Source: a bacterium
GTDB taxonomy: Bacteria; Patescibacteriota; Minisyncoccia; Phycocordibacterales; JAGLPS01
DNA length: 64,000 nt
Direction: 5' to 3'
Assembly: GCA_030690305.1 (NCBI GenBank)
Contig: JAUYHB010000024.1
Coordinates: 260 to 64,259, forward strand
The notes under the pieces were generated by a model. That model did not search any database. It was not told the origin of the DNA and worked only from the letters and a program-made list of their open reading frames with translations. A program made the position numbers and the translations under genes. Below, piece by piece: positions 28,397 to 38,042 of the stretch (within the stretch, counting starts at the first letter, position 1; each line of letters begins with the position of its first letter).

Positions 28397-28992
28397 CAGT
28401 ACGCTTCCTCTTCCCGGCGGTATAAGCCCATAAGATGAGTTTCCTCTAATATGTGTCCTTCCATGCCTTTTTCAAGCGTTTCCCGCTCCGCGCCTTCGGG
28501 TAAAGAAAGTGTCGTGTCAAGCGCGTACAATTTGAAAAAATAACGATGGGCGCCGGAAGGAGGGCATGGTCCCCTATATCCCTTGGTACCGGCCGTTGTT
28601 ATTCCGGTGCTGCCTTCCGGGATGCTGTCTTCTTCGATACCGGTCGTGCCCGCAGGAATATTCCACATTATCCAATGCGTAAAAACACCTCTCGGAGCAT
28701 CCGGGTCATCGACAATAAGCGCAAGGGACTGCGTGCCTTCAGGGACTCCTTCAATTTTCAAAGGAGGATTTATATTCTCCCCGTCGCACGTATACAACGA
28801 AGGAATTTCGCTGTTATGCTCAAACGCTTCGCTTTTAAGAGTAAACGTTGACATGGTGTTTAAGTCTGAAACGAGAGAAGATGACCGCTCGTTTTGCCCG
28901 ATATCCGGCAAGACAAGTTTTTCCCACACCAAGAAAACAAACATTCCGACAAGAAACACAATCGCGACAAGCGGCATGCCATATCGTTTCAT
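28396..28992 (-). CDS. PEBP/YbhB-YbcL family protein (Raf kinase inhibitor-like), membrane-anchored
   Basis: 'LALIVDDPDAPRGVFTHW..WNIP...GYRGPCPPSGAHRYFFKLYALD'. Confidence 0.75.
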   Translation of the reverse strand: MKRYGMPLVAIVFLVGMFVFLVWEKLVLPDIGQNERSSSLVSDLNTMSTFTLKSEAFEHNSEIPSLYTCDGENINPPLKIEGVPEGTQSLALIVDDPDAPRGVFTHWIMWNIPAGTTGIEEDSIPEGSTGITTAGTKGYRGPCPPSGAHRYFFKLYALDTTLSLPEGAERETLEKGMEGHILEETHLMGLYRREEEAY

Positions 28993-29087
28993 CTTTAATA
29001 ATTATAGCACTCCGTCAAAAAGCAAAGAGGTCTGTTGCCAAAAACGTGTGGGTACGACAAACAACACCGGAGGAACCTCCTTAGACC

Positions 29088-29543
29088 TTAATCAGAATTT
29101 TTCTTTAAAGAGGACAGTTTTTTGAAAATACCCTCAAGACCCATTACTCTTCCTGAATGAAAAGCGGCAAGAATAAATAGACCGAGCATAAAGACAATAT
29201 GCTGGTCAACGATATAGGCTGTGGCGCTTGGGTGAGGAAAACCGAGCGGGATATAGTATAGAAGCATGAGAATGATTCCAAGCGTTGCGCTCATGCGTAC
29301 GAAAATCCCGAGAATCAAGGACACCCCAAGAAGCGTGAGCCCCCATTCGTTAACAAAATTGATGACGGGAAGAATGCTCGGTTGTAAAAATATCTGGTAC
29401 AAACCCGTAAATGCTTTGGCTCCTTTGAGATACCCTTCCGCAGACCATGCGGGATTAAGCACTTTTGTTATCCCTGCGTAAAAATACATCCACCCGAGAC
29501 CGACTCGGAGAAGAAAAAGAGAGATTTTTTGATACTTTGACAT
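29088..29543 (-). CDS. DoxX family membrane protein
   Basis: 'LRVGLGWMYFYAGITKVLNP' and four TM helices. Confidence 0.65.
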   Translation of the reverse strand: MSKYQKISLFLLRVGLGWMYFYAGITKVLNPAWSAEGYLKGAKAFTGLYQIFLQPSILPVINFVNEWGLTLLGVSLILGIFVRMSATLGIILMLLYYIPLGFPHPSATAYIVDQHIVFMLGLFILAAFHSGRVMGLEGIFKKLSSLKKNSD

Positions 29544-29560
29544 GGTTTTATTTTATCACG

Positions 29561-31705
29561 TTATCGGGACAGTAAAGATTCTTTATTTTTCATAAGAAGA
29601 GCGTTTACGGCAACAATCACCGTAGAAAGGGACATGAATACTGCAGCAAACGCAGGTTGCAAAATGATTCCTTTGGATGCGAGCGCTCCCGCCGCAATTG
29701 GCAATGCGATAAGGTTATATCCCGTCGCCCAAAAAAGATTTTGAATCATCTTGTCGTAGGTAATTTTTGAGAGACGGATAATTTTGACTATGTCCCGAGG
29801 GTCGTTTTTTACAAGAATGATTCCGGCCGACTCGACAGCAACGTTGGTTCCCGCCCCTATGGCAATACCAATATCGGCGGCAGTCAAAGCGGGTGCGTCA
29901 TTGACACCATCGCCCACCATTGCCACTTTCATGCCCCGGGCCTGCAAAAGCCTTACTTTGTCGGCTTTTTCATGGGGGAGCACTTCGGAAAAATATTGGT
30001 CCAGATCAAGCTTCCCCGCCACCCACGAGGCAACATCTTTTGAATCTCCCGTAATCATTGCGACTTTTACACCAAGCTTTTTAAGGCTGTTAACCGCTTC
30101 TTTCGATTCCTCTCTTACGACATCAACAAGAGCAATGCTGCCCAAAAGTTTATGGTCCAATACGACATGAATCACCGTTTTTCCCTCTTTTGCAAGAGAA
30201 GAAATCGTCGCCTCATGCATTTCCGACAAATCGATTTTTTCCTCGGAAAGAAGTTGGTCATTCCCCACGAGAACAAGTTTCCCCGCGACAAGTGCCTGGG
30301 CGCCCTTCCCCGGAAGACGTTTGAAATCCGTGACCGTCTCAAGATTTACATTGCGATGCTGCGCCTCCATGCCTATTGCTTTTGCAAGCGGGTGTTCGGA
30401 TTGACTATTTACGGCCGCGGCCAAACGCAATACGTCTTCTTCCGAAAATCCTTCGGCAGAAACAACAGCGTCAACACCAAATTCGCCGCGGGTTAATGTT
30501 CCCGTTTTGTCGAAAAGAACAATGTCTATGTTGCGTGCGGCTTCCAATGCGATTCGTTGCCGTACCAGGAGTCCGTTCCGTGCCGCCATCGTTGTCGATA
30601 TGGAAGCGACAAGGGGCACGGCAAGACCTAAGGCGTGAGGACACGCAATAACGAGCACGGCCACGAGACGTTCTGTCGCAAACACGACTCCCGCTTTCGC
30701 AACAATCCAAAGTAAGAATGTAAGACCTCCGGCGGCAATCGCAAGAACGGTAAGATAAAACGCGGCTCTGTCGGAAAGAATTTGCAAACGCGACTTGCTT
30801 GCTTGGGCATCCGCGACCAGACGCATCACTCCGGCAAGAAACGTGTGCTCCCCTATTTTTGTGACTTCAATAATAAGACTTCCGTCACCATTTAACGCTC
30901 CCGCAATCACTTCGTCGCCTTCTTTTTTTAAAACAGGTTTTGATTCCCCGGTAATAATCGCCTCGTTGAGTTCCGATTTTCCTTCAAGGATTTTCCCGTC
31001 AGCGGGGATTTTCGCTCCCGGTTTGACACGAACGTTATCTCCGACGGCAAGTTCGGAAAGCGGTATGGTTTTGGTTGCCCCCCCTCGGATTACTTCGGCA
31101 GTATCAGGAAGAAGTTTTGCCAGTTCTTTAAGGGCCCCCTGAGTGCTTTGGACCGATTTCATTTCAATCCAATGTCCGAGCAGCATAACGGCAATCAATG
31201 TCCCCAGTTCCCAGAATAACGTATGCTCAGAGCCCCGCAGCACCTCAAAGATACTGAAAGAGTAGGCTGCGGTTATTGCCAAAGCGATAAGCGTCATCAT
31301 TCCCGGCAACCGGGCGGAAAGTTCCCGATATGCCCCTGCAATAAACACCCATCCGCCGTAAAAGAAAATTACCGAACCGAGAGCCGCAACTGAAAAGTCC
31401 TGCAACGGAAAAGACGGCAGTGCGAATCCGAATGCTTTTTCAAAAAGTTCGGAGTAGAGAAGAATCGGAATAGTCAGAACAAGAACAGCCCAGAATTTCT
31501 TGAGAAAAGATTCCGTTTTGTGTCCTTTGTGTTTGTCATGATTTTTTTCGGACTTGTCCGTCGTAGCTTTAGTGGAGACGGGAACAAGGCGCATGCCGCA
31601 TTCGGAACACATGCCTTCCTTTGCTTGTTTGATCTCAGGATGCATCGGACAGGTATATATTGTCTGTGATTCGCTATTTTGATTGTTATGGTTGTGGTGA
31701 TTCAT
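29561..31705 (-). CDS. copB: heavy-metal (copper) translocating P1B-type ATPase, CopB-like with CPH motif
   Basis: 'DKTGTLT', 'GDGVNDAPAL', TM 'CPH'. His-rich N-terminus 'NHHNHNN' plus 'CPMHPEI...CSECGM' metal-binding zinc ribbon. Confidence 0.85.
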   Translation of the reverse strand: MNHHNHNNQNSESQTIYTCPMHPEIKQAKEGMCSECGMRLVPVSTKATTDKSEKNHDKHKGHKTESFLKKFWAVLVLTIPILLYSELFEKAFGFALPSFPLQDFSVAALGSVIFFYGGWVFIAGAYRELSARLPGMMTLIALAITAAYSFSIFEVLRGSEHTLFWELGTLIAVMLLGHWIEMKSVQSTQGALKELAKLLPDTAEVIRGGATKTIPLSELAVGDNVRVKPGAKIPADGKILEGKSELNEAIITGESKPVLKKEGDEVIAGALNGDGSLIIEVTKIGEHTFLAGVMRLVADAQASKSRLQILSDRAAFYLTVLAIAAGGLTFLLWIVAKAGVVFATERLVAVLVIACPHALGLAVPLVASISTTMAARNGLLVRQRIALEAARNIDIVLFDKTGTLTRGEFGVDAVVSAEGFSEEDVLRLAAAVNSQSEHPLAKAIGMEAQHRNVNLETVTDFKRLPGKGAQALVAGKLVLVGNDQLLSEEKIDLSEMHEATISSLAKEGKTVIHVVLDHKLLGSIALVDVVREESKEAVNSLKKLGVKVAMITGDSKDVASWVAGKLDLDQYFSEVLPHEKADKVRLLQARGMKVAMVGDGVNDAPALTAADIGIAIGAGTNVAVESAGIILVKNDPRDIVKIIRLSKITYDKMIQNLFWATGYNLIALPIAAGALASKGIILQPAFAAVFMSLSTVIVAVNALLMKNKESLLSR

Positions 31706-31780
31706 AATCTTTATTCTACGCCGCATTCAAATAAACGTTTAACACCGTCGCTGACATTTATATTTTTAATTCAGTATGTT

Positions 31781-32794
31781 TTATATCCCGCACCCGCTTT
31801 GCTGGCGTGGCTGTGCCGCTGGTGCTCCTGTGTCTACCCCACATCCATTTCCACTCCTCTGTCCTTGGGGTTGAACAACCTGCGAAGCAATCCTTTGGTA
31901 TCCCTGCGCGCTTGAGAAATTAATACCAAGTATTTCTTGCGGGTTCACGTCTTTCCAATCAACGCTTTTATTTTTCATATAGGTTGCTATGGTCATATAC
32001 GTGTCCGGGAACCAGTAAGAATTAACTGCCAAAGCGGCTGCCCACATATCTTCCTCGCTAACGCCCTGTGAAGCCATGAGTTCAAGAAGCCCAAGCATCG
32101 CCATACCGTGATTGCAATCGGGAAAATGCGTCGAATTACCACAACAAGGGCGGTAGATTCCTTTCGATACTTTATCCACTAAAGCCTGCTGTTCGGAGGT
32201 CAAATCGAAAAATTTATGCCGACTATAGTGATCCATTGCATTTCCTTCGGCAATTGTCCAACCGCCCGTCGAGGCAAAATTACCCGCGCCTCCATATTTC
32301 GCATTTGCCATTTCGCCTTTTTCCAAGATTTCATTTTTACTCGCAAGACCTAAAGCCCAGAACAGATTGAGCAGATATCCGGCGTTGTTTTTTGTAATTT
32401 TTAGCTTGCCATCGTTTTGTCCGAGAAGCAGATTTTTGTACTCATTGGTAAATGCACTACGGTCTTCGTATATGGCTTTAAATTTTTCGGCATCAATTGC
32501 CCCTACACTTGCAAGTTTCACACCGAGGTCGCCCCATGTAACGGGAAGATCAACCCCTTGAGACGACAATACTTTTTCTTCCAGCTCGGAAATCTTGGTT
32601 TGCTCGTGGTTTGTTCCAAGACCCGATGTTTGCTTTTCAACGGTTCCAGGCCCGCTTGTATACATCCATGCACCGGAAAGAACAAGCGCGGAAATAAGAA
32701 TGCTTGCGGAGAGCACGTAGTCTTTTTTGACTGGCTTAACTTCAGGAGAGTCCTCCGTGATTTGATTTTGTGTTTCGTTTTTGTTGTTTTCCAT
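31781..32794 (-). CDS. exported/membrane-anchored hypothetical protein with 'CCGNSTHFPDCNHGM' motif
   Basis: TM anchor, Cys/His cluster and a C-terminal 'GNGCG...SGCGI'. Lies between the copper ATPase and the Trx-like gene. Confidence 0.45.
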   Translation of the reverse strand: MENNKNETQNQITEDSPEVKPVKKDYVLSASILISALVLSGAWMYTSGPGTVEKQTSGLGTNHEQTKISELEEKVLSSQGVDLPVTWGDLGVKLASVGAIDAEKFKAIYEDRSAFTNEYKNLLLGQNDGKLKITKNNAGYLLNLFWALGLASKNEILEKGEMANAKYGGAGNFASTGGWTIAEGNAMDHYSRHKFFDLTSEQQALVDKVSKGIYRPCCGNSTHFPDCNHGMAMLGLLELMASQGVSEEDMWAAALAVNSYWFPDTYMTIATYMKNKSVDWKDVNPQEILGINFSSAQGYQRIASQVVQPQGQRSGNGCGVDTGAPAAQPRQQSGCGI

Positions 32795-32833
32795 AGATAT
32801 GTGATTTATTTTCCATTGTTAAGGATAGTTATG

Positions 32834-33205
32834 TTAACGTGTTTCCGTAACCGGACATCCACTTAATTCGGAAAGTTGCGCGGGGCTCAATTCTCCTTCA
32901 ACTCTGGTTCCGTCGGGAAATACCCATGTCGGGTAAGCTTTTATACCGGCGGCAATACATACCTGCGGATTATCGGGACATTCCACATATGGAACGAAAG
33001 AAAATACTTCTCCGAATGCCCTCTTCTGGCTTTGACAGTGCGAACACCACGCGGCGCCGTACATTGTCACGTTTTTTTCCGCAAGACACTGCGTAAGAAA
33101 AGTGAAATCTTCCTTCGGGCGGCTTGTACACAAAAAAACGACAACCAATCCTATGGCCAAAATAAGTGCACCGATAACAAGAAAGAAAGTATTTTCTTTA
33201 TTCAT
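32834..33205 (-). CDS. membrane-anchored thioredoxin-like protein (CxxC 'WCSHCQ'), resembling the Trx domain fused to bacterial VKOR
   Basis: 'MYGAAWCSHCQSQKRAFG' Trx fold with an N-terminal TM helix. Confidence 0.7.
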   Translation of the reverse strand: MNKENTFFLVIGALILAIGLVVVFLCTSRPKEDFTFLTQCLAEKNVTMYGAAWCSHCQSQKRAFGEVFSFVPYVECPDNPQVCIAAGIKAYPTWVFPDGTRVEGELSPAQLSELSGCPVTETR

Positions 33206-33695
33206 TGCAGCAGTCCACGAGTTTGTTGACAATGTCTTGCGCTGACCATGGTTTTTCTTCCGAAGCAACCACTTTTATATCTTCAAGATTGAGAAGTTTG
33301 AGCCGTAAAGCCCAAAACATCGAGTACATTGAGTAGGCGCGCTCGAACATTTCTTTGGCGTCTTCTTTTTTACCGTCTCCGTGAAATTTCGTTCCGACTT
33401 CCATAAGGCGCATCGTCGTCGCCAAGAGATGCTTGCTAATACACCACGTTTCCCCTTCGTGCTTTTGCACAAGGCGGGACATAAGAGCTTTCCGATTTTC
33501 CCTTACTTCGGCCAAAAAGTCGAAGTATTCATCTTTTTTTGTCTTTGAGCCCGTGAAAAAGAAATGTTCCTCAAGGCTCAAAAGGTTCATCACAGCAATA
33601 CTTAAGTCTTCGTCCGAAGAAAGGTCGATTTTCCCGGAGCGGCGTAATTCTTCGACTTTTAGAAGCACTTCATTCATTGTTTGTTTTCCATCCAT
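33198..33695 (-). CDS. hypothetical soluble protein ending in ...DCCNE
   Basis: ORF between ccdA and the Trx-like gene. No recognised domain. Confidence 0.45.
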   Translation of the reverse strand: MDGKQTMNEVLLKVEELRRSGKIDLSSDEDLSIAVMNLLSLEEHFFFTGSKTKKDEYFDFLAEVRENRKALMSRLVQKHEGETWCISKHLLATTMRLMEVGTKFHGDGKKEDAKEMFERAYSMYSMFWALRLKLLNLEDIKVVASEEKPWSAQDIVNKLVDCCNE

Positions 33696-33700
33696 GATAA

Positions 33701-34483
33701 TTACAACATAAAGATAATAATTCCTAAGATAACCATCGCGACCCCGCCCCATATTCGCATATGAGTATTCTCTCCCTTTTTCCACTCGCGTACTTTTTCT
33801 ATAAGCGCTTTATCGCTTGAAAGAATAAGAATGATGACGAGCGGAAGGACAAAGATGAGGTTGTAGAAGAAGAGATATCCAAGACCTGTAATATATGTTG
33901 TTGAGTCATGGAGAAGTCCGAGAACCATAAGGTATGGACCTCCTGTGCACGGAAATTCGCACAAAGCGACAAATACTCCCAGAATGAAAGCGGTGGGAAG
34001 AGTTGCTTTCTCCATTAGGAAAGCCATTGTTTTGTGGGATACAGTCGGTATGCGCAACTTGATGGGAAACGACGGGAAAAATTCATTGATAAGATTCAGC
34101 GCTCCCCATCCTATAAGAAGGAAAGCACCGAGTTTCGCCATAAAGTGCGGAGTATTGAAGAAATGAAGCGCCTGAAGAATACCAAGACCGATAAGCATGT
34201 AGGAGATGTAAATTCCGAGAATATAGAATGCACCGATAGTAAGGATGCTACCTCGCACTTTTCCAAGATTTATCAGGAAGGCTATGGTAAGAAGAAGAAT
34301 GGAAAATGCACATGGATTGATACTGTCAATGAGCGCGGCTATGCCCACGAGCGGCAAGAGCCATGTTCCCTCATTGCTTATGTTCCACAACATGACAGAA
34401 CCGAAAGAAGTCATTTTGAGAAACAGAATTGTCCCCAAAAGCAGAGCGGCAGAAATTACAAGAATGATAAATTTTTTATTCAT
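33701..34483 (-). CDS. ccdA: cytochrome c biogenesis/thiol-disulfide transporter CcdA (DsbD core)
   Basis: Six TM helices with 'INPCAF' and 'CEFPCTGGPY' conserved cysteines. Confidence 0.8.
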   Translation of the reverse strand: MNKKFIILVISAALLLGTILFLKMTSFGSVMLWNISNEGTWLLPLVGIAALIDSINPCAFSILLLTIAFLINLGKVRGSILTIGAFYILGIYISYMLIGLGILQALHFFNTPHFMAKLGAFLLIGWGALNLINEFFPSFPIKLRIPTVSHKTMAFLMEKATLPTAFILGVFVALCEFPCTGGPYLMVLGLLHDSTTYITGLGYLFFYNLIFVLPLVIILILSSDKALIEKVREWKKGENTHMRIWGGVAMVILGIIIFML

Positions 34484-34489
34484 GGGAGT

Positions 34490-34996
34490 TTAAGGAGTTA
34501 CGTTCGCGGTAAAACGAAGCTCAACAGGTGCTCCGCTGTCATTTTCCAGGATAATTGATCGTCCAATTTTCCCCACGCCGGCCGGACCGTGAGCCGCGGG
34601 ATCAAAAGTAACGATAACGCGAGATTGTTCTTGAGGATTGATTGCGGCATTGATAGCCGGAATAAAACCGTGGCCCGGCATACCAAAGGGACCGAATGTA
34701 CCCTCTGCCGTTTGCAGTGCCGCTTGTGTGCACATGCAAGAGGTATATAGGGTACGCACCAAGGTTGCTCGCCCGCCTGTATTGGTAATAACGTATTCGT
34801 GTGTCACCGGGCCCTTCGCCATAGAAATGGTTCCAAAATCGAAGGTTTTCTCTTGAGCAACGAGGAAGCTTTCGGATAATTTGTTTTCTTGATTTTCTTG
34901 GGATTTTTTATTCTGAGAAATATTATTCGTTACAATAAGCGCCCCCAGAGCGACAATACTAATGAACAATGCAATGAGTATATCTTTCGTTTTCAT
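34490..34996 (-). CDS. DUF1573 domain protein (membrane-anchored, 'SCMCT' motif)
   Basis: 'FDFGTISMAKGPVTHEYVITNTGG..L.....YTSCMCT'. Confidence 0.6.
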   Translation of the reverse strand: MKTKDILIALFISIVALGALIVTNNISQNKKSQENQENKLSESFLVAQEKTFDFGTISMAKGPVTHEYVITNTGGRATLVRTLYTSCMCTQAALQTAEGTFGPFGMPGHGFIPAINAAINPQEQSRVIVTFDPAAHGPAGVGKIGRSIILENDSGAPVELRFTANVTP

Positions 34997-35088
34997 ACTT
35001 TACATATAACGGGATTAGAAACGGGTAAAATGAAAAACCCGCTTTTAAAACCAAAGGCAACTTGACTAAAGAGCCTGAGGAGAGCGGG

Positions 35089-35496
35089 CTAGAAAGAAGA
35101 CGAAGGGTCGCGCTTTTCACGCAAAGAGAGCCAGTGTGAAAATTTCTGCGTCGCACTAGTCTCATGGAGAGAATACGTTACAGGCCGAATGACAAGAAAA
35201 GTTTTTTGAGAAATTACAACAATCGCGTATAGAAACGCCGACACGGAAGTCAGCAGCAACGAGACGAGCAAAACAGACATGGACACGCTATCAAAAGTGG
35301 CGGTTGAGAATCCACGCAATGCGTTGGTATAAAATGCCGCCCCATCAAGGGCCGTACTTGTGTCCGGACACACCGTCCGCTGGAAAAGAGATGCAATGCA
35401 ACCTGCTCCATAGTTGTGTCCCATGCCAAGAAAACCGAAAACGGCAATACCCACAATGGCGACAAAAAGTATTGAGGATGTAAGGCGCGCTAACAT
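35089..35496 (-). CDS. hypothetical membrane protein
   Basis: Three predicted TM helices. No motif. Confidence 0.4.
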   Translation of the reverse strand: MLARLTSSILFVAIVGIAVFGFLGMGHNYGAGCIASLFQRTVCPDTSTALDGAAFYTNALRGFSTATFDSVSMSVLLVSLLLTSVSAFLYAIVVISQKTFLVIRPVTYSLHETSATQKFSHWLSLREKRDPSSSF

Positions 35497-35536
35497 ATTT
35501 GGATTATATCACAATTTTTAGGTTATGTCTTCCCTG

Positions 35537-35929
35537 CTACTCCGTGGTCCTGCCATCGAAGTGTTCTTCATTTGACAGAGCCTCGGCCTTCGTCTTGCGG
35601 ACAGTACCGTCTTGATGTTCCGGGGGTGAATAAAGAGTATACAGTTTCATATCCGCACTGCCCGCATTTATGACATTGTGTTTTACACCCGCAGGCACAA
35701 CAACCGCACTCCCGTCGGCAATTACATGTTCCACACCATTAAGCACAGCTTTCCCCTCTCCCGCTTCAACTCTGATAAATTGGTCAAGGGTGTGAACTTC
35801 TTCTCCGATATCTTCGCCTGGTTTAAGATTCATCAAAACCAACTGACTGTTTTTTGCCGTATACAGCACACGTCGGAAATCGGAATTTTCAAGAGATTCC
35901 TTTTCAATGTTTGAAACATAACCTTTCAT
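35537..35929 (-). CDS. cupin 2 domain protein
   Basis: 'GEDIGEEVH...VEAGEG...VVVPAGVKHNVIN' cupin motifs. Confidence 0.7.
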   Translation of the reverse strand: MKGYVSNIEKESLENSDFRRVLYTAKNSQLVLMNLKPGEDIGEEVHTLDQFIRVEAGEGKAVLNGVEHVIADGSAVVVPAGVKHNVINAGSADMKLYTLYSPPEHQDGTVRKTKAEALSNEEHFDGRTTE

Positions 35930-35981
35930 ACCGTTGATTATACACCCAAAAGAAAACCGTCAGCCTTGGGCTGACGGTTTT

Positions 35982-36641
35982 TTATAAAGGAACAATTTTT
36001 TCCATGTTTTTTCCGAAAGAAACCGCGCGGACCTTCACTTGCGCTTCTTTTTCTAGAAGCGTAATACCCTCAATAAATTCTTTGGGTAGGTCTTTGGAGG
36101 AAGAGACGGCGTCCGTTTCGCATTTCCATCCGGGAAACCTTTTGTAAAATGCCTGGCATTTTTCCAGAACTCCGTTTGACGGAATTGCGGTATAAAACTC
36201 GCTTTGCATTGAGAGTGTTTCCTTACCCCGGCGTTTTCCCGTGTAATACGGCTCCGTCCCTTCGTAACGATATCCGACACATAATCGTATTTCAGGACAA
36301 CCGTTTAACACTTCGGCCCGAGCAAGGATAATTTCCCTTCGCTCGTTTCTCAAAGCGTGACGTAACAAGGCAAGGTCGAGCCAGCCTATTCTCAAAGGCC
36401 TTCCAAGAGCATCATACTCATCCGCCTTTATACGAATAGCCGCGCCCAGTTCAAATTCATCCTTACTTTCAAGGCTTGCCGTGGGAAACTCTTTGAGATC
36501 CCGCTCTCTGTCGACAAGACCTGCACACCATCGTGCAGATTTCCGGCCTCCCATTTCCGTGGGAATACATTGCCGCAAATTGGAATTAGCCATATAAAAC
36601 GCTTTGACGACAAAACATCTATCCGTAAAAAAGCGGTTCAT
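35982..36641 (-). CDS. stand-alone adenylosuccinate synthetase C-terminal-domain homolog (no GTP-binding N-domain)
   Basis: 'GRPLRIGWLDLALLRHA', 'IRLCVGYRY', 'FPGWKCETDA', 'LPKEFIEGITLLEKEAQVKV' are colinear with the PurA C-terminal half. Strong SD 'aaaggagg' and a 'tatataat' -10. Confidence 0.6.
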   Translation of the reverse strand: MNRFFTDRCFVVKAFYMANSNLRQCIPTEMGGRKSARWCAGLVDRERDLKEFPTASLESKDEFELGAAIRIKADEYDALGRPLRIGWLDLALLRHALRNERREIILARAEVLNGCPEIRLCVGYRYEGTEPYYTGKRRGKETLSMQSEFYTAIPSNGVLEKCQAFYKRFPGWKCETDAVSSSKDLPKEFIEGITLLEKEAQVKVRAVSFGKNMEKIVPL

Positions 36642-36780
36642 ATAAACCTCCTTTCGTGGAAGTTACGATTTTAAAGAAGAATCATTTTCTTGCCACACAT
36701 TATATAAAAAGACCAAAAGACGCAAGAAAGGGATAGCTTTTCAAAAATATTTCCCTCAAGCCGTTTGAGCGAAAATTTAC

Positions 36781-36870
36781 TTTTCCAAAATCTTACGGAG
36801 CTCGTTGAGGGCGAGTAGAGAAAAATTCAGAAGAATTTTATCGTGTTTTGGAAAAGTGAATTTGAGCGGG
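36781..36870. repeat. intergenic repeat copy B (about 90 bp), paired with 20934-21025
   Basis: About 85% identity to copy A. Overlaps the spurious 63-aa ORF 36777..36968. Confidence 0.65.
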
Positions 36871-36873
36871 TCT

Positions 36874-37371
36874 TTAAGGCTGGAACAATTCTTCGGGCAA
36901 AAAACGGACGGAGGATACCTCGGGAAATTGTTTTGCCGTAGCTTCAATTTGAAACCACAAAATCCCAACCCGGCATGAGCCGCCCCCTGTTTTGTTTTCG
37001 GTATCGGAAAAAGTAAGTGTGAGAAGACCGTTTTTAAGTTCGGTACTTTTCAATTCCAGACCGGGTAAGGGATATTCGGTCATGAGGCCTTGCTTCTTTT
37101 CTGCTTCAGTCAGCTCACCTTTCAAAAGCAGGTTGATGGTGTCTTCTATCGGCATCGTACTGTTCTCAATCTTCCGTTCAACGCTTTGCAAACCGTTTTG
37201 AGAACATAATATGTTTCCCGTTTCGTCTTTATCCGCTTTCGGATTGTAATAAAAAAGTTGGACAGCACGGCCGACATCTTCTTTGTGCAGCAATAATGGC
37301 ACGAAATACAACGATGATACGACAAGAAAAGAGAGAATAACAAAAAAGATAAGAGATTGTTTACTCATGCC
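36874..37371 (-). CDS. GerMN domain-containing exported protein
   Basis: TM/signal anchor plus GerM-like beta-rich domain ('LTLTFSDTENKTGGGSCRVGILWFQIEAT'). Confidence 0.55.
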   Translation of the reverse strand, partial: GMSKQSLIFFVILSFLVVSSLYFVPLLLHKEDVGRAVQLFYYNPKADKDETGNILCSQNGLQSVERKIENSTMPIEDTINLLLKGELTEAEKKQGLMTEYPLPGLELKSTELKNGLLTLTFSDTENKTGGGSCRVGILWFQIEATAKQFPEVSSVRFLPEELFQP

Positions 37372-37434
37372 CCCAGTATACACCCTCAAAAAATAACGAA
37401 AAAGACCCGCCTTTACAAAACGCGGTGGGTCTTT

Positions 37435-37647
37435 CTAACAGGAAATGGCTTCTATCCAGCCTATTTTCTTGAAAAAACAAAAAAGTTCTTCCGAGTTCAT
37501 AAAGAGCGTTGGTAAAACACAGAGCCCACACAACTCCCGTACGTTCTCAATCTTCCTTTTCCCTTCCCCGCATTCAAGCACGTCCCCCGCTTTAACGAAA
37601 CCAAAACAAGCGGAAAGTTTTGCACGGCAAAGATAGCAACGTCTCAT
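37435..37647 (-). CDS. small Cys-rich (CxxC...CxxC) zinc-ribbon-like protein, 70 aa
   Basis: Strong SD 'aaaggagg' 7 nt upstream of the ATG at 37647. 'CYLC...CGEG...CGLC'. Confidence 0.45.
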   Translation of the reverse strand: MRRCYLCRAKLSACFGFVKAGDVLECGEGKRKIENVRELCGLCVLPTLFMNSEELFCFFKKIGWIEAISC

Positions 37648-37726
37648 TATTTCCTCCTTTGTCTGTAATGAACCGGCTAGCACTTCCTCAGCAATAATAA
37701 CAAATAGGTGCCGAATATGCTGTAGA

Positions 37727-37987
37727 ATGGACTGCATGGACACTTGGGAGGAAAAAGGTAATTTTTTGCATAAGACCTTTATTTTCAAAGACTTTAAAGA
37801 GGCGCTTGCATTTGTTAACCAAGTGGGAGAAATTGCGGAACGATTACAGCATCACCCTGATATTTCCATTAGTAATTACAAGGAGGTTTCTATTTCAACA
37901 ACTACCCACAGCGAGAATAATAAAGTAACAGAAAAAGATTATGCTCTTGCAAAAGAAATCAACAGTTTAGAGCACTTGCACAAATAA
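37727..37987 (+). CDS. phhB: pterin-4a-carbinolamine dehydratase (PCD/DCoH)
   Basis: 'W......L.KTFIFKDFKEALAFVNQVGEIAERLQHHPDI' signature and 'TTHSENNKVTEKDYALAKEI'. Confidence 0.8.
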   Translation: MDCMDTWEEKGNFLHKTFIFKDFKEALAFVNQVGEIAERLQHHPDISISNYKEVSISTTTHSENNKVTEKDYALAKEINSLEHLHK

Positions 37988-38042
37988 TTTGTGTACAAAT
38001 GTTCTATAATGAATATGAATTTTATTAGCTCAATTAAAAACT

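Noticed and set aside
36777-36968. 63-aa minus-strand ORF between GerMN and the AdSS C-domain gene
   Set aside because: Its C-terminal third is encoded by repeat copy B (36781-36870), which recurs non-coding at 20934-21025. No start signals.
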